Origin: Escherichia coli
GTDB lineage: Bacteria > Pseudomonadota > Gammaproteobacteria > Enterobacterales > Enterobacteriaceae
Length of the DNA: 64,000 bases
NCBI RefSeq assembly: GCF_048403405.1
Contig: NZ_CP183129.1
Strand: one strand, 5' to 3'
In this document: positions 39,979-52,738 of the stretch, piece after piece
Layout: every line of letters starts with the position of its first letter
Numbering within the stretch: the first letter of the stretch is position 1
Program-made: the position numbers and the translations under genes
The notes under the pieces: generated by a model
Seen by the model: only the letters and a program-made list of their open reading frames with translations
Database searches by the model: none
What the model was told of the DNA's origin: nothing

Positions 39979-40503
39979 GTGTTGGATAAACTGCGTTCCC
40001 GTATTGTGCATTTGGGGCCATCTCTGTTGAGTGTACCGGTAAAACTGACGCCATTTGCGCTAAAACGCCAGGTTCTTGAGCAGGTCTTAAGCTGGCAATT
40101 CCGTCAGGCGCTGGATGATGGCGAGCTGGAGTTTCTTGAAGGCCGCTGGTTAAGTATTCATGTGCGTGATATTGACCTGCAATGGTTTACCTCGGTGGTG
40201 AATGGCAAACTGGTCGTTAGCCAGAACGCGCAAGCTGATGTGAGTTTTAGTGCCGACGCCAGCGATCTGCTGATGATTGCGGCGCGTAAACAAGATCCGG
40301 ATACGCTCTTCTTCCAGCGTCGGCTGGCGATTGAAGGCGATACGGAGCTGGGGCTGTATGTGAAAAACCTGATGGACGCCATTGAACTGGAGCAAATGCC
40401 GAAAGCCTTACGCATGATGCTGCTGCAACTGGCGGATTTTGTTGAGGCGGGTATGAAAACCGCGCCTGAAACCAAACAGACATCGGTAGGTGAACCATGC
40501 TAA
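39979..40503 (+). CDS. ubiT: SCP2-domain protein UbiT (YhbT)
   Basis: 174 aa from GTG 39979 (V/MLDKLRSRIVHLGPSLLSVPVKLTPFALKRQVLEQ...), preceded by GGGAG Shine-Dalgarno at 39965-39969; divergent from ubiUV. Confidence 0.88.
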   Translation: MLDKLRSRIVHLGPSLLSVPVKLTPFALKRQVLEQVLSWQFRQALDDGELEFLEGRWLSIHVRDIDLQWFTSVVNGKLVVSQNAQADVSFSADASDLLMIAARKQDPDTLFFQRRLAIEGDTELGLYVKNLMDAIELEQMPKALRMMLLQLADFVEAGMKTAPETKQTSVGEPC

Positions 40504-41000
40504 TTCGAGTAGAAATTCCCATTGATGCGCCGGGTATTGATGCCCTGCTGCGTCGTTCATTCGAAAGTGATGCGGAAGCGAAGCTGGTTCACGATCTGCG
40601 TGAAGATGGCTTTCTGACGTTGGGGCTGGTGGCGACAGATGACGAAGGTCAGGTCATTGGCTATGTGGCATTTAGTCCGGTTGATGTGCAGGGCGAAGAC
40701 CTGCAATGGGTCGGCATGGCACCGCTGGCGGTAGATGAAAAATACCGTGGACAGGGGCTGGCACGCCAACTGGTCTATGAAGGACTCGATTCGCTCAATG
40801 AGTTCGGCTATGCCGCAGTGGTGACGCTGGGCGATCCGGCGCTGTACAGTCGTTTCGGCTTTGAGCTGGCGGCGCATCACGATCTGCGTTGCCGCTGGCC
40901 GGGCACTGAAAGCGCCTTCCAGGTACATCGTTTAGCGGATGACGCGCTGAACGGCGTAACCGGTCTGGTTGAGTATCACGAGCACTTCAATCGCTTTTAA
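40497..41000 (+). CDS. yhbS: GNAT-family N-acetyltransferase YhbS
   Basis: 167-aa ORF overlapping the ubiT stop; acetyl-CoA-binding motif context [10 protein letters not shown]. Confidence 0.92.
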   Translation: MLIRVEIPIDAPGIDALLRRSFESDAEAKLVHDLREDGFLTLGLVATDDEGQVIGYVAFSPVDVQGEDLQWVGMAPLAVDEKYRGQGLARQLVYEGLDSLNEFGYAAVVTLGDPALYSRFGFELAAHHDLRCRWPGTESAFQVHRLADDALNGVTGLVEYHEHFNRF

Positions 41001-41289
41001 TCTTTGGGGTTTGCAGGCTGCTCAACAGTTCTGCAAACCCTGCACCTTCCGCTACCAGACGTTCTTTTTGCCGTTTGGTCAGTTGCTTAACGCGATATTC
41101 TGCCCGTAACGCCAGCGAACGATCGCCCACTGGCGCGGAAAACGCCAGCGTTAGTTCTCCTTTCCCGCGCAGTGCTTTCGCCCCTTTGCCGCTCTGGTGC
41201 TCCTTATAGCGGCGTTCGACATCCGTGGTGATCCCGGTATAAAGCTTATTATCGGCGGTACGGATCAAGTAAAGAAACCAGGGTGTCAT
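40987..41289 (-). CDS. yhbQ: GIY-YIG domain protein YhbQ (UPF0213)
   Basis: 100-aa [37 protein letters not shown]... with GIY-YIG motif. Confidence 0.93.
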   Translation of the reverse strand: MTPWFLYLIRTADNKLYTGITTDVERRYKEHQSGKGAKALRGKGELTLAFSAPVGDRSLALRAEYRVKQLTKRQKERLVAEGAGFAELLSSLQTPKIKSD

Positions 41290-41339
41290 CGTCTGCGTCG
41301 CATGTTAAGGTCAGGCCCACAGTATAAAAGAGAACAGCA

Positions 41340-41762
41340 ATGGAAACACTCACCGCCATCAGCCGTTGGCTGGCAAAACAACATGTTGTCACCTGGTGTG
41401 TGCAGCAGGAAGGGGAACTCTGGTGCGCTAATGCCTTTTATCTTTTTGATGCGCAGAAAGTCGCCTTCTACATTTTGACGGAAGAAAAAACGCGCCACGC
41501 GCAGATGAGTGGGCCGCAGGCGGCAGTTGCCGGAACTGTAAACGGTCAGCCGAAAACGGTAGCGTTAATTCGCGGCGTGCAATTTAAAGGCGAGATCCGC
41601 AGACTGGAAGGTGAGGAAAGCGACCTCGCACGCCAGGCGTACAATCGTCGCTTTCCGGTTGCCCGAATGCTGTCGGCCCCGGTGTGGGAAATCCGGCTCG
41701 ATGAAATCAAATTCACCGACAACACGCTGGGCTTTGGTAAAAAAATGATCTGGCTACGTAAC

Positions 41763-41783
<21 letters not shown>
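41340..41783 (+). CDS. yhbP: UPF0306 protein YhbP (PNPOx-like fold)
   Basis: 147-aa [52 protein letters not shown]... Confidence 0.92.
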
Positions 41784-42319
<536 letters not shown>

Positions 42320-42398
42320 TCACGATCGGGGATAATTACCTCGTAGACTATTAAGCCTGGTGCATGAGCCGGGGAGCGCAAGGCAGACAATTCTGTAA

Positions 42399-43044
<646 letters not shown>

Positions 43045-43116
43045 TTATTCCCAAGAAATGATAGTGAGCGTAATATTCACGCGCTCAATTATCATAACTT
43101 ATTCCTGGGGAATGCT

Positions 43117-44157
43117 ATGACTGGTCAGTCTTCATCTCAGGCGGCAACGCCCATTCAGTGGTGGAAACCCGCGCTTTTCTTTCTCGTTGTCATTGCTGGT
43201 CTCTGGTATGTGAAATGGCAACCATACTACGGCAAAGCGTTTACTGCTGCCGAAACCCACAGTATCGGTAAATCTATCCTTGCGCAGGCGGATGCTAATC
43301 CGTGGCAGGCGGCGTTGGATTACGCGATGATCTATTTCCTCGCGGTATGGAAAGCGGCGGTGCTGGGGGTGATCCTCGGTTCGTTGATTCAGGTGCTGAT
43401 CCCGCGTGACTGGTTGCTGCGTACGCTTGGGCAATCGCGCTTTCGCGGCACGCTGCTGGGAACGCTGTTTTCGCTGCCGGGTATGATGTGTACCTGCTGT
43501 GCGGCTCCGGTCGCGGCGGGAATGCGTCGCCAACAGGTATCGATGGGCGGGGCGCTGGCATTCTGGATGGGGAATCCGTTGTTAAACCCGGCGACGCTGG
43601 TGTTTATGGGGTTTGTCCTCGGCTGGGGCTTTGCCGCGATTCGTCTGGTGGCGGGGCTGGTGATGGCGTTGCTGATTGCGACGCTGGTGCAAAAATGGGT
43701 ACGTGAAACACCGCTAACGCAGGCACCGGTCGAAATTGACATACCGGAAGCGCAGGGCGGATTTTTTAGCCGCTGGGGCAGGGCGCTATGGACGCTTTTC
43801 TGGAGTACGATCCCGGTTTACATCCTTGCAGTACTGGTGTTGGGTGCCGCTCGCGTGTGGTTATTCCCCCATGCTGATGGTGCTGTCGATAACAGCCTGA
43901 TGTGGGTGGTGGCGATGGCGGTGGCAGGATGCTTGTTTGTCATTCCCACGGCAGCAGAAATTCCGATTGTACAAACGATGATGCTGGCAGGCATGGGAAC
44001 CGCTCCGGCGCTGGCATTGTTGATGACGCTCCCGGCGGTGAGTTTACCGTCACTGATTATGCTGCGCAAAGCGTTCCCGGCGAAAGCCTTATGGCTGACA
44101 GGGGCGATGGTGGCAGTGTCTGGTGTGATTGTCGGCGGGTTGGCGCTGTTGGCCTAA
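43117..44157 (+). CDS. yraQ: Inner membrane permease YraQ (UPF0718 family)
   Basis: 346-aa polytopic hydrophobic ORF. Confidence 0.92.
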   Translation: MTGQSSSQAATPIQWWKPALFFLVVIAGLWYVKWQPYYGKAFTAAETHSIGKSILAQADANPWQAALDYAMIYFLAVWKAAVLGVILGSLIQVLIPRDWLLRTLGQSRFRGTLLGTLFSLPGMMCTCCAAPVAAGMRRQQVSMGGALAFWMGNPLLNPATLVFMGFVLGWGFAAIRLVAGLVMALLIATLVQKWVRETPLTQAPVEIDIPEAQGGFFSRWGRALWTLFWSTIPVYILAVLVLGAARVWLFPHADGAVDNSLMWVVAMAVAGCLFVIPTAAEIPIVQTMMLAGMGTAPALALLMTLPAVSLPSLIMLRKAFPAKALWLTGAMVAVSGVIVGGLALLA

Positions 44158-44191
44158 GATGTTGGATGCTCCTGAATACAGCACTGGACGG

Positions 44192-44230
44192 TCCCCTCTC
44201 CCCTTTGGGGAGAGGGTTAGGGTGAGGGGA
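44192..44230. repeat. GC-rich palindromic element between convergent yraQ and dolP
   Basis: CCCTCTCCCC-TTT-GGGGAGAGGG perfect 10-bp inverted repeat followed by TTAGGGTGAGGGG; no T-run, so not a canonical intrinsic terminator. Confidence 0.45.
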
Positions 44231-44278
44231 ACAGGTCGGCTAAGATGTGAATATTTACTTCAACGACCGATCAATGGC

Positions 44279-44854
44279 TTATTTAATAAACGTAAACGCC
44301 GTAGTTACCCGCTTCACGCCGCTCACCCGGCTGGCAATATCTGCCGCCGCTTTCGCTTCACGTTCAGTCACCAGCCCCATCAGGAACACTTCACCGTTTT
44401 CGGTGGTCACTTTCACGTTGGACGATTTCACCAGGTCGCTGGTTAAGAGCTGCGAACGTACTTTGGTGGTGATCCATGTATCGTTAGACGCTTCGCCCAG
44501 ACCAATCGGCTGGCCCTGACGAATCTCGTTATACACTTCGTTGGCACCGTCTACGCCCATAGCAATCTGTTTGGCGCGAGCCGAAAGTTCAGCGTTTGGT
44601 GACTGCCCAACCAGCAGCACTTTGCCCTGATACGCCGTGACATTAATACGGGTTTCTTTCTTAATCTGTTCGTCTTTCGACAATGCGCTGTTTACGCGCA
44701 CTTCCAGGGTACCATCGTCCACCTGGGTGCCGACACTGCGTGGGTCAGTTGCGGCTTTGGTACCTACAGCAGCGGTACCCACTACGGCAGCGGCAACACA
44801 ACCTTGCAACAGCAGCGCGGAAAGAAGGACTGCGATTGGCGATAATGCCTTCAT
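44279..44854 (-). CDS. dolP: BON-domain outer membrane lipoprotein DolP (YraP)
   Basis: 191-aa ORF with lipobox LLQGC and two BON domains. Confidence 0.94.
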   Translation of the reverse strand: MKALSPIAVLLSALLLQGCVAAAVVGTAAVGTKAATDPRSVGTQVDDGTLEVRVNSALSKDEQIKKETRINVTAYQGKVLLVGQSPNAELSARAKQIAMGVDGANEVYNEIRQGQPIGLGEASNDTWITTKVRSQLLTSDLVKSSNVKVTTENGEVFLMGLVTEREAKAAADIASRVSGVKRVTTAFTFIK

Positions 44855-44863
44855 GTATTCTCC

Positions 44864-45454
44864 TTAAACATCCTGGTGAGGGAAAAGCGTGTTATCGATC
44901 AGATCGCACAGGCAATTTACCGTCAGCATATGCATCTCCTGAATGCGAGCACTACGATGCGAAGGAATGCGGATCTCCACATCCTGTGGCCCTAACAAAC
45001 CTGCAAGTTCACCGCCGTCATAGCCGGTTAATGCCACAATGGTCATATCACGCGTAACGGCAGCTTCTACCGCTTTTACAATATCGCGGCTGTTGCCACG
45101 GGTGGAAATGGCTAACAATACATCTCCCGCATGACCCAGCGCCCGCACCTGTTTTGCATACACTTCATCATGTAAGCGATCGTTGGCAATCGCCGTTAAG
45201 ACAACATTATCAGTATTTAGTGCAATGGCAGGTAAGCTGGGCCGCTCCGTTTCGAAACGGTTGATCATGCTGGCAGCAAAATGCTGTGCATTGGCAGCGG
45301 AAGTTCCATTACCACAACAGAGGATTTTGTTGCCATTGAGCAGAGACTGAACCAGCGTCATGGCTGCACGGGAGATGGCATCCGGAAGCGCCTCTGCCGC
45401 CGCAATTTGAGTTTGAATGCTTTCAGTGAAGCAAGCTTTAATTCTTTCTTGCAC
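44864..45454 (-). CDS. diaA: DnaA initiator-associating protein DiaA (SIS domain)
   Basis: 196-aa [64 protein letters not shown]..., apparent GTG start. Confidence 0.94.
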
Positions 45455-45473
45455 GCTAATCCTTAAACCTTAA

Positions 45474-45869
45474 TTATGAGTGGTCATTAAAGGCATCCTT
45501 AATCCACTCAACCTCATTCCCGGTGAAGGCTACCACATCGAACCGGCAATCCACAGTATCAAAACTCCCATTATGACGCGCGAGCCACAAGCGGGCAGTC
45601 TGTAATAATTTGTGTTGTTTGCTGCGGGTCACACTGGCTGCCGCGCCGCCATAAAGCGCAGAGCGGCGGTAACGCACCTCGACAAAAACGGTGATCCGGC
45701 CTTCACGCATTATCAGATCGATCTCGCCGCCACGCTCGTTCACGTTAGCGGCGATAAACCGCAGTCCTTTGCCTTCCAGCCAGCGACGCGCTTGTGCTTC
45801 CCACGCATCGCCGGTCTGTTTGGTGGTTAACTGGCGGGGACTACCTGACCTTGTTGGTACTGTAGCCAT
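45474..45869 (-). CDS. yraN: UPF0102 protein YraN (endonuclease-like fold)
   Basis: 131-aa ORF; its 5' end overlaps the 3' end of lpoA. Confidence 0.92.
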   Translation of the reverse strand: MATVPTRSGSPRQLTTKQTGDAWEAQARRWLEGKGLRFIAANVNERGGEIDLIMREGRITVFVEVRYRRSALYGGAAASVTRSKQHKLLQTARLWLARHNGSFDTVDCRFDVVAFTGNEVEWIKDAFNDHS

Positions 45870-47854
45870 GATAACTTCCTGTTAATCACGCAATCCGGGT
45901 TAGCCGTCAGACTTCCGGTATTACCGTTGATTTCAAAACCCTGAACCTGGCGCATTTGTGAGAAATGATTTGCCAACGACCAGGCATCGACGCCCATCGC
46001 ATACATGCGAGCCAGCGAATAATCGTTGTTCACCGCGCTGAGCGCCTGCTGCATTAACGGCAGATTACCGCCTGCCAGCATCGGGATTTCGCTGTACTGC
46101 AAGCCTTCCATCTCCAGACGGAAATCCGGGCCTGCGGTGCCTTGTGCGCTGCGGGAACTGGCGTACAGCGTTGCACCGCTCTGGCTACCGTTACGCATGG
46201 CGATCATCGGTTTGATAAAAGCGATTTCACCCGGCGTTGCCACAATGTAGACCGCATCGACACGACCGCCATTATTGGTGAACTGGTCATCGGTTGGCGT
46301 GGTTTGCAGCGTTGGATTGTTGGTCGTCATGCCGGAGTCGGTTGTCGCTCTGGGAGTAATCGGGCTACCCGTTAAAGCAATACCAGAACCGCCGTTAACA
46401 CCCGCGCGTAATTCGCTGGTGGAACCAAATTTTTGTTGCAGAACGGTGCCGCCACCCAGTTTCTGCCACTCTTGCGCAAACGCATTGGCTACGCGATCGC
46501 CCAATGAACTACGTGGGATCAGCACCAGCGGCGCTTGTTTACCCTGGTCACGAATATGACGCGCTGCATCGCGCGCTTCGTCTTCTGGTGAAAGCGCGAA
46601 GTAACAAATATTGACGCGGTTTTCGATATTCTCCGGCTGGTTCAGTGCCAGCACGTTCAGCGGGGTGTTGCTCTTCAGCAACTCTTCAACGTTATTTTTC
46701 AGCAACGGGCCGACCACAATACTCGCGCCATCCTGTTGAACCTGGTTGAGGATCTGGCTAAGTGGTTGTGATGATGTATCGTAGATTTTCAGCTCTGCGG
46801 ATGGATTCGCAGGTGCGCTTACCGCTGCGGTGGTTGCCGCCGGGGCGCTTACAGGCACCGGCTGGGCCGCAGGTTGTTCACCGGTCAGATCGCTAACCGA
46901 GGCTTGTGCCGGGCTGGCAACGCCATCCACGGTTTGCGGCTGAGGTTGTTCTGCTACGTCTGCGGCAGCTACCTGAGCCGCCACTGGCTGAGTGCCGATA
47001 TTTTTCGCCGCTTCAAAGCCTTGCTGAATAGTGCGACCAAATACCGCTGCCTGGCCATTCAGTGGCAACAGCAGGGCGATTTTGTTGGTCGATGCGGGTT
47101 TAAACGCTTTTACGTTAACCAACTGCGTTGGCAGCATTTTCGCGCCCGGGTTGTTCGGATAACGTTTCTGCCAGTCGGCGATCCCGGCTTTCATCATGTC
47201 GGGATCGTTACGGTTATCAAACCAGATGCGCTGCAGATCCAGCCAGCCTTGCAGAATATTTTCGTCGGCATTGATCACCAGCGTATTCGCCTGTTCCTGA
47301 GTCATGGAGGAGAGCGCCTGCCAGGTGGCGTCAATATTCTGCTGCTTTTCTTTCGCGCCGAGCAGCGGTTCCTGAGCAATTAACGCGCGCAGTAAATCAA
47401 TGGAAGGACGCCCCTGGCTGGCATCGATTTTTGCCTGCCAGTAACGCGCTTGCTGGTTTTGTTCTAAATCTGCAGGTGTGATTTTCGCCAGCAAGTTTTG
47501 CGCGCCAGCAAAATCTTTCTGCGCCAGTTTAATCTCTGCCGCCAGCAGTGTTTTCTCGCGACGCTGAGAATCGTTCAGTTCTTGCGGTAGTTGGTTAAAC
47601 AACTCCACCGCCTGTCCGGTTTTACCTTCTTTCACCAGTGCACGAATGGCGAGTAATTGCCAGTTGATCCTGGTATCATCAGAACTTTGCTGCATCTGTT
47701 GCAGGTAAAAGGCAGAATCAGCCTGCGCCGTGCCCTGCATATAGGCAGTGGACTGATCGGGAGTATGGGTGCCACAACCGGCGAAAATCAGGGCTGCCAG
47801 AACAACAGGCAGACAACGCGCGGCTTTCAAACGAGAAAATGTTGAGGGTACCAT
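45827..47854 (-). CDS. lpoA: Penicillin-binding protein 1A activator lipoprotein LpoA
   Basis: About 675 aa from ATG at 47852-47854 ([34 protein letters not shown]...), lipobox FAGC, TPR-like N domain and periplasmic-binding-like C domain; ORF-track start 47884 is an upstream extension. Confidence 0.93.
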   Translation of the reverse strand: MVPSTFSRLKAARCLPVVLAALIFAGCGTHTPDQSTAYMQGTAQADSAFYLQQMQQSSDDTRINWQLLAIRALVKEGKTGQAVELFNQLPQELNDSQRREKTLLAAEIKLAQKDFAGAQNLLAKITPADLEQNQQARYWQAKIDASQGRPSIDLLRALIAQEPLLGAKEKQQNIDATWQALSSMTQEQANTLVINADENILQGWLDLQRIWFDNRNDPDMMKAGIADWQKRYPNNPGAKMLPTQLVNVKAFKPASTNKIALLLPLNGQAAVFGRTIQQGFEAAKNIGTQPVAAQVAAADVAEQPQPQTVDGVASPAQASVSDLTGEQPAAQPVPVSAPAATTAAVSAPANPSAELKIYDTSSQPLSQILNQVQQDGASIVVGPLLKNNVEELLKSNTPLNVLALNQPENIENRVNICYFALSPEDEARDAARHIRDQGKQAPLVLIPRSSLGDRVANAFAQEWQKLGGGTVLQQKFGSTSELRAGVNGGSGIALTGSPITPRATTDSGMTTNNPTLQTTPTDDQFTNNGGRVDAVYIVATPGEIAFIKPMIAMRNGSQSGATLYASSRSAQGTAGPDFRLEMEGLQYSEIPMLAGGNLPLMQQALSAVNNDYSLARMYAMGVDAWSLANHFSQMRQVQGFEINGNTGSLTANPDCVINRKLSWLQYQQGQVVPAS

Positions 47855-47918
47855 AATGTATCCAGTGATATTTTTTTTACGCAATGCTCAATATTAAATC
47901 GGCAATACGGACGACACA

Positions 47919-48782
47919 ATGAAACAACACCAATCGGCGGATAATTCTCAGGGCCAGCTTTACATTGTACCGACGCCAATCGGCAATCTGGCGGATATCA
48001 CCCAGCGTGCGTTGGAGGTATTACAGGCCGTTGATCTGATTGCCGCCGAGGATACGCGTCACACCGGTTTATTGCTGCAACATTTTGGGATTAATGCTCG
48101 GTTGTTTGCGCTGCACGACCATAACGAACAACAAAAAGCCGAAACGCTGCTGGCGAAGCTGCAAGAGGGGCAAAACATTGCGCTGGTTTCCGATGCCGGA
48201 ACGCCGCTAATTAACGATCCTGGCTACCATCTGGTGCGTACCTGCCGTGAAGCGGGGATTCGCGTGGTGCCGCTACCCGGGCCGTGTGCTGCTATCACTG
48301 CGTTAAGCGCCGCGGGTTTACCATCCGATCGTTTTTGTTATGAAGGCTTTTTACCTGCCAAATCAAAAGGCCGCCGTGATGCGCTAAAAGCCATTGAAGC
48401 GGAGCCGCGCACGCTGATTTTTTATGAATCTACCCACCGTCTGTTAGATAGCCTGGAAGATATCGTTGCGGTATTAGGCGAATCCCGCTACGTCGTTCTG
48501 GCGCGTGAGCTGACCAAAACCTGGGAAACCATTCACGGCGCGCCCGTTGGCGAGCTGCTGGCGTGGGTCAAAGAAGATGAAAACCGTCGCAAAGGCGAAA
48601 TGGTGCTGATTGTCGAAGGCCATAAAGCGCAGGAAGATGACCTGCCTGCTGATGCCCTGCGCACGCTGGCGCTGCTACAGGCAGAACTGCCGCTGAAAAA
48701 AGCGGCGGCGCTGGCAGCAGAAATTCACGGCGTGAAGAAAAATGCGCTGTATAAGTATGCACTGGAGCAGCAGGGAGAGTGA
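47919..48782 (+). CDS. rsmI: 16S rRNA (C1402) 2'-O-methyltransferase RsmI
   Basis: 287-aa [56 protein letters not shown]... (tetrapyrrole methylase fold). Confidence 0.95.
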   Translation: MKQHQSADNSQGQLYIVPTPIGNLADITQRALEVLQAVDLIAAEDTRHTGLLLQHFGINARLFALHDHNEQQKAETLLAKLQEGQNIALVSDAGTPLINDPGYHLVRTCREAGIRVVPLPGPCAAITALSAAGLPSDRFCYEGFLPAKSKGRRDALKAIEAEPRTLIFYESTHRLLDSLEDIVAVLGESRYVVLARELTKTWETIHGAPVGELLAWVKEDENRRKGEMVLIVEGHKAQEDDLPADALRTLALLQAELPLKKAAALAAEIHGVKKNALYKYALEQQGE

Positions 48783-48831
48783 TTACAGGCGTCGCAGCAG
48801 GAATAGCGTTGCAACGCCTGTAGCAGGCGAG

Positions 48832-49599
48832 TTAACGACGACACATCTCATCAATCATGCATGTGAAATAGTTATGCAGCCATAAAAATGAAGCCGGGAT
48901 AGCGGTAGAGACTTTAGCCGTGAGAAAACGTTCTGTCGCATCCTGCTTTCCTTCGCCAGTCACCAGTAACAAAACTTCGCGGGCATTGAGAATATCCTTC
49001 AGGCCTAAGGTGATCCCACGAGTCACGGGACGGCCCGCGGTTTTTAACATCTCATGTTGCTGTGTTCTGGCATCAAGTTGACTGATATGGCAGGCCGGTT
49101 GCAGGCTTTCTCCCGGTTCGTTCAGCCCAAGATGACCGTTTTTCCCCAACCCGAGAACGCATAAATCCAGACCGCCTTTGCGCGCAATCAGGTGCGTTAC
49201 CCGTTCGCACTCTGTCTCATTTATCTCTTCGGAGCGAAAGCTGATGAGCTGGTCTTCACGCAGCCCCAGCGGCTGCACGATATGCTGTTGCAGGAAAGTT
49301 TCGCAGGTACCAGGCATAGTTAATGGCAGATCCACCCATTCGTCGAGCTTCACGAAGGTGAGCTGGCTGACATCAACCTGCTGCTGGTGGATTTTTTCTA
49401 CCAGATAATGATACGTCAGTAATGGCGTGGCTCCGGTCGCCAGGCAAATCACTGCATCCGGTTTGCTACGGATCATGGCCAATAAATATTCGCTGGCACG
49501 TTCACTTAACGCCATATAGTTTTCAACTTGCTGAAGGGTTTGCACAGGATGAAATTCCTTAAGTAAAGAGGCACCACCAGACGCAGTGCCTCGTTCCAT
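48832..49599 (-). CDS. agaI: Putative galactosamine-6-phosphate deaminase/isomerase AgaI (NagB family)
   Basis: 255-aa ORF with NagB-like fold motifs (ICLATGATP, KLDEWV), last gene of the aga operon. Confidence 0.9.
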   Translation of the reverse strand: MERGTASGGASLLKEFHPVQTLQQVENYMALSERASEYLLAMIRSKPDAVICLATGATPLLTYHYLVEKIHQQQVDVSQLTFVKLDEWVDLPLTMPGTCETFLQQHIVQPLGLREDQLISFRSEEINETECERVTHLIARKGGLDLCVLGLGKNGHLGLNEPGESLQPACHISQLDARTQQHEMLKTAGRPVTRGITLGLKDILNAREVLLLVTGEGKQDATERFLTAKVSTAIPASFLWLHNYFTCMIDEMCRR

Positions 49600-50391
49600 T
49601 TACAAAATGCCGAATGCGGAACAAACAATAGAGAGCACAAAAGTCACGCCGATTAACAGCACCGGATGCGCTTTTTTCACCCGCAGGAAGTAATACATCA
49701 GCAGGGTGTAGGCCATCGGTAAAATATTCGGGAAGACTTTATCGAAGAAATCCTGCTGCAGCGCGACGCTGTGGGTACTGTCGATGGCAAACGATGTCAC
49801 CACGTTAATATGCACATACGAAGCGATCAGCCCGCCGATTACCGTGATCCCGAGGATGGTTGCCGAGCGAGCAATCATCTGCGAGTTCTCTCGCACTTTA
49901 TCGATCGCCTTCACGCCGACTGAATAACCGACGTGGGTCCAGCCGACGCGCAGGAAAAAGATAAGCAGGTAAACGGCGAAAAATAGAATCGGCCCCAGCA
50001 AGTTTCCCTGGCTGGCAAATGATGAGCAAATTCCCGCCATAATCGGCAATAAGGTAAACCAGAAAATCGCATCGCCAATCCCGGCGATTGGGCCAAACAG
50101 TGCTACTTTGAGGCCTTTAATGGTGTCGCGGTTTTCTCCTTTTTCTTCCATCGAAATTAATAACCCCATCAGGAATCCGACCAGATTCGGGTGGGTATTA
50201 ATAAATTCGAGGTTATCTTTCATCGCCGCGCTTAGGCCCGGTTTGTCGTCCTTATAAATCTTTTTCAGGATCGGCAACATCGCCCAGGTAAAACCGCCCG
50301 CCTGCATCCTTTCGTAATTAAAGCTCGCTTGCAGCAGTGACGAACGAAAGCCCAGACGGGTGATATCTTTTTTACTGATTTCAGATCCCAT
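49600..50391 (-). CDS. agaD: PTS galactosamine-specific EIID component AgaD
   Basis: 263 aa from ATG at 50389-50391 (MGSEISKKDITRLGFRSSLLQASFNYERMQA...), mannose-family IID; overlaps the agaC 3' end by 11 nt; ORF-track start 50538 is an upstream extension. Confidence 0.93.
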   Translation of the reverse strand: MGSEISKKDITRLGFRSSLLQASFNYERMQAGGFTWAMLPILKKIYKDDKPGLSAAMKDNLEFINTHPNLVGFLMGLLISMEEKGENRDTIKGLKVALFGPIAGIGDAIFWFTLLPIMAGICSSFASQGNLLGPILFFAVYLLIFFLRVGWTHVGYSVGVKAIDKVRENSQMIARSATILGITVIGGLIASYVHINVVTSFAIDSTHSVALQQDFFDKVFPNILPMAYTLLMYYFLRVKKAHPVLLIGVTFVLSIVCSAFGIL

Positions 50392-51184
50392 TGCTGTAGT
50401 CCTCTTCTTCATTTCTACTGGCAACGGGCTGCGGTTGCGCTTGCTGCCGGGATTTCGCATTGAAAAACTCATACACCGCAAAGCCTGCGCCCAGTACGGC
50501 AACCGGCAACAGGTTGCTGACCTGGATGTAGCAAACAAACAGGAAACCGGCGATCAGGTAAGGGATATATTGCGCTTTGAACATCACGCGCAGCAGCAAG
50601 CCAAAACCAACGGCAGGCAGAATACCGCCAGCCACTTCAAAGCCGTGGGTCAGCCAGGCAGGCATCGCTTTCACCAGCGCCTGCATCGCCCCCTGTGCCA
50701 GGTAAGTACAGAGGAAAGCAATCACCGCATACGCTGAAGCGACGATGAGCATCGTTGTCCAGTTAAGTCGGGAAAACGCTGCCGTATCCGCCTCTTTTGC
50801 GCATTTATCGGCTTTGGTCATAAATAATGAGAAAGCGGAATAGAAGAACAGAATGACGTACTGCATTAACAAACTAAACGGCAGGCCAAGACCAATTGCC
50901 GTTTTGGCATCAACGCCCGTAGACCATGCAATGACAGTGGTCATCAGACCCGCCATAATCGGGTTGGGCGGCTGAACACCACCTGCAGGGGTTAATCCGG
51001 CGAAAGCCAACTCTGTCAGACCACCGGTAATTAAGCCAGTCTGAATATCACCGAGAATAGCGCCAGTTAGGGTACAAACGATTATCGGGCGGAATAAAAA
51101 TAAGGCTTCCAGCCAAAAATCAATCCCCAGAACGAAAACTAACGCCGCCAGGGATAATCCCTGAAGTAGGGTTATTTCATGCAT
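50381..51184 (-). CDS. agaC: PTS galactosamine-specific EIIC component AgaC
   Basis: 267-aa polytopic ORF MHEITLLQGLSLAALVFVLGIDFWLEALFLFRPIIVCTLTG..., mannose-family IIC. Confidence 0.94.
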   Translation of the reverse strand: MHEITLLQGLSLAALVFVLGIDFWLEALFLFRPIIVCTLTGAILGDIQTGLITGGLTELAFAGLTPAGGVQPPNPIMAGLMTTVIAWSTGVDAKTAIGLGLPFSLLMQYVILFFYSAFSLFMTKADKCAKEADTAAFSRLNWTTMLIVASAYAVIAFLCTYLAQGAMQALVKAMPAWLTHGFEVAGGILPAVGFGLLLRVMFKAQYIPYLIAGFLFVCYIQVSNLLPVAVLGAGFAVYEFFNAKSRQQAQPQPVASRNEEEDYSNGI

Positions 51185-51222
51185 TTTTATTACCTCAAAC
51201 CAATATTAAGGCGATTTTAGAT

Positions 51223-51699
51223 TTAGTCAGGGATTTGTTCTTTTTGATCGCCAGGGACGTCCTGAATGAAAACATTCACGCCACGTTGTTTAATAAAACG
51301 TAAGTCCGTGAGATCCTGGTCATCGACATAAACTTTACTGCTGATTTGCTTTTTCCCTTCCGAGAAATGCATATTGCCGACGTTGACATCTTTCAGGTCA
51401 ATGCCACCTTCTACCAATTTACGTACCGTTTGTGGCGTGCGGCAAATCAGGAAGATCTTTTGATGCGGTGCAGCTTTGCCGATGACATTAATGGTTTTTT
51501 CGATAGTAAAGAAACGAATGCCAAAGCCGTAGGTTTCCGCGGTAATACCCATTAATTTCTGTTGAATATCATCGTTAGCGACAACATCATCCACGACTAC
51601 CAGCAGATTTGCACCGATGGTAGATGTCCAGGTCACGCCAACCTGACCGTGAACCAGACGGTTATCAATACGGGTTAAGAGAATATTTGGACTGCTCAT
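51223..51699 (-). CDS. agaB: PTS galactosamine-specific EIIB component AgaB
   Basis: 158-aa ORF MSSPNILLTRIDNRLVHGQVGVTWTSTIGANLLVVVDD..., mannose-family IIB with phospho-His context RLVHGQ. Confidence 0.94.
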   Translation of the reverse strand: MSSPNILLTRIDNRLVHGQVGVTWTSTIGANLLVVVDDVVANDDIQQKLMGITAETYGFGIRFFTIEKTINVIGKAAPHQKIFLICRTPQTVRKLVEGGIDLKDVNVGNMHFSEGKKQISSKVYVDDQDLTDLRFIKQRGVNVFIQDVPGDQKEQIPD

Positions 51700-51865
51700 T
51701 GTGTAATCCTCACCATAAAGTTGAATAATATAATTTTTTTAAATATATTATTGTTGCGATATTGTACTGATGTATTTATTAAGGTTTAGTCATCTCCTTT
51801 TCCATTAAGGCACTCCCCGATATTAATCGGGAAGTACATTGGGATAAATCATAAAAAACTAATGA

Positions 51866-52738
<873 letters not shown>

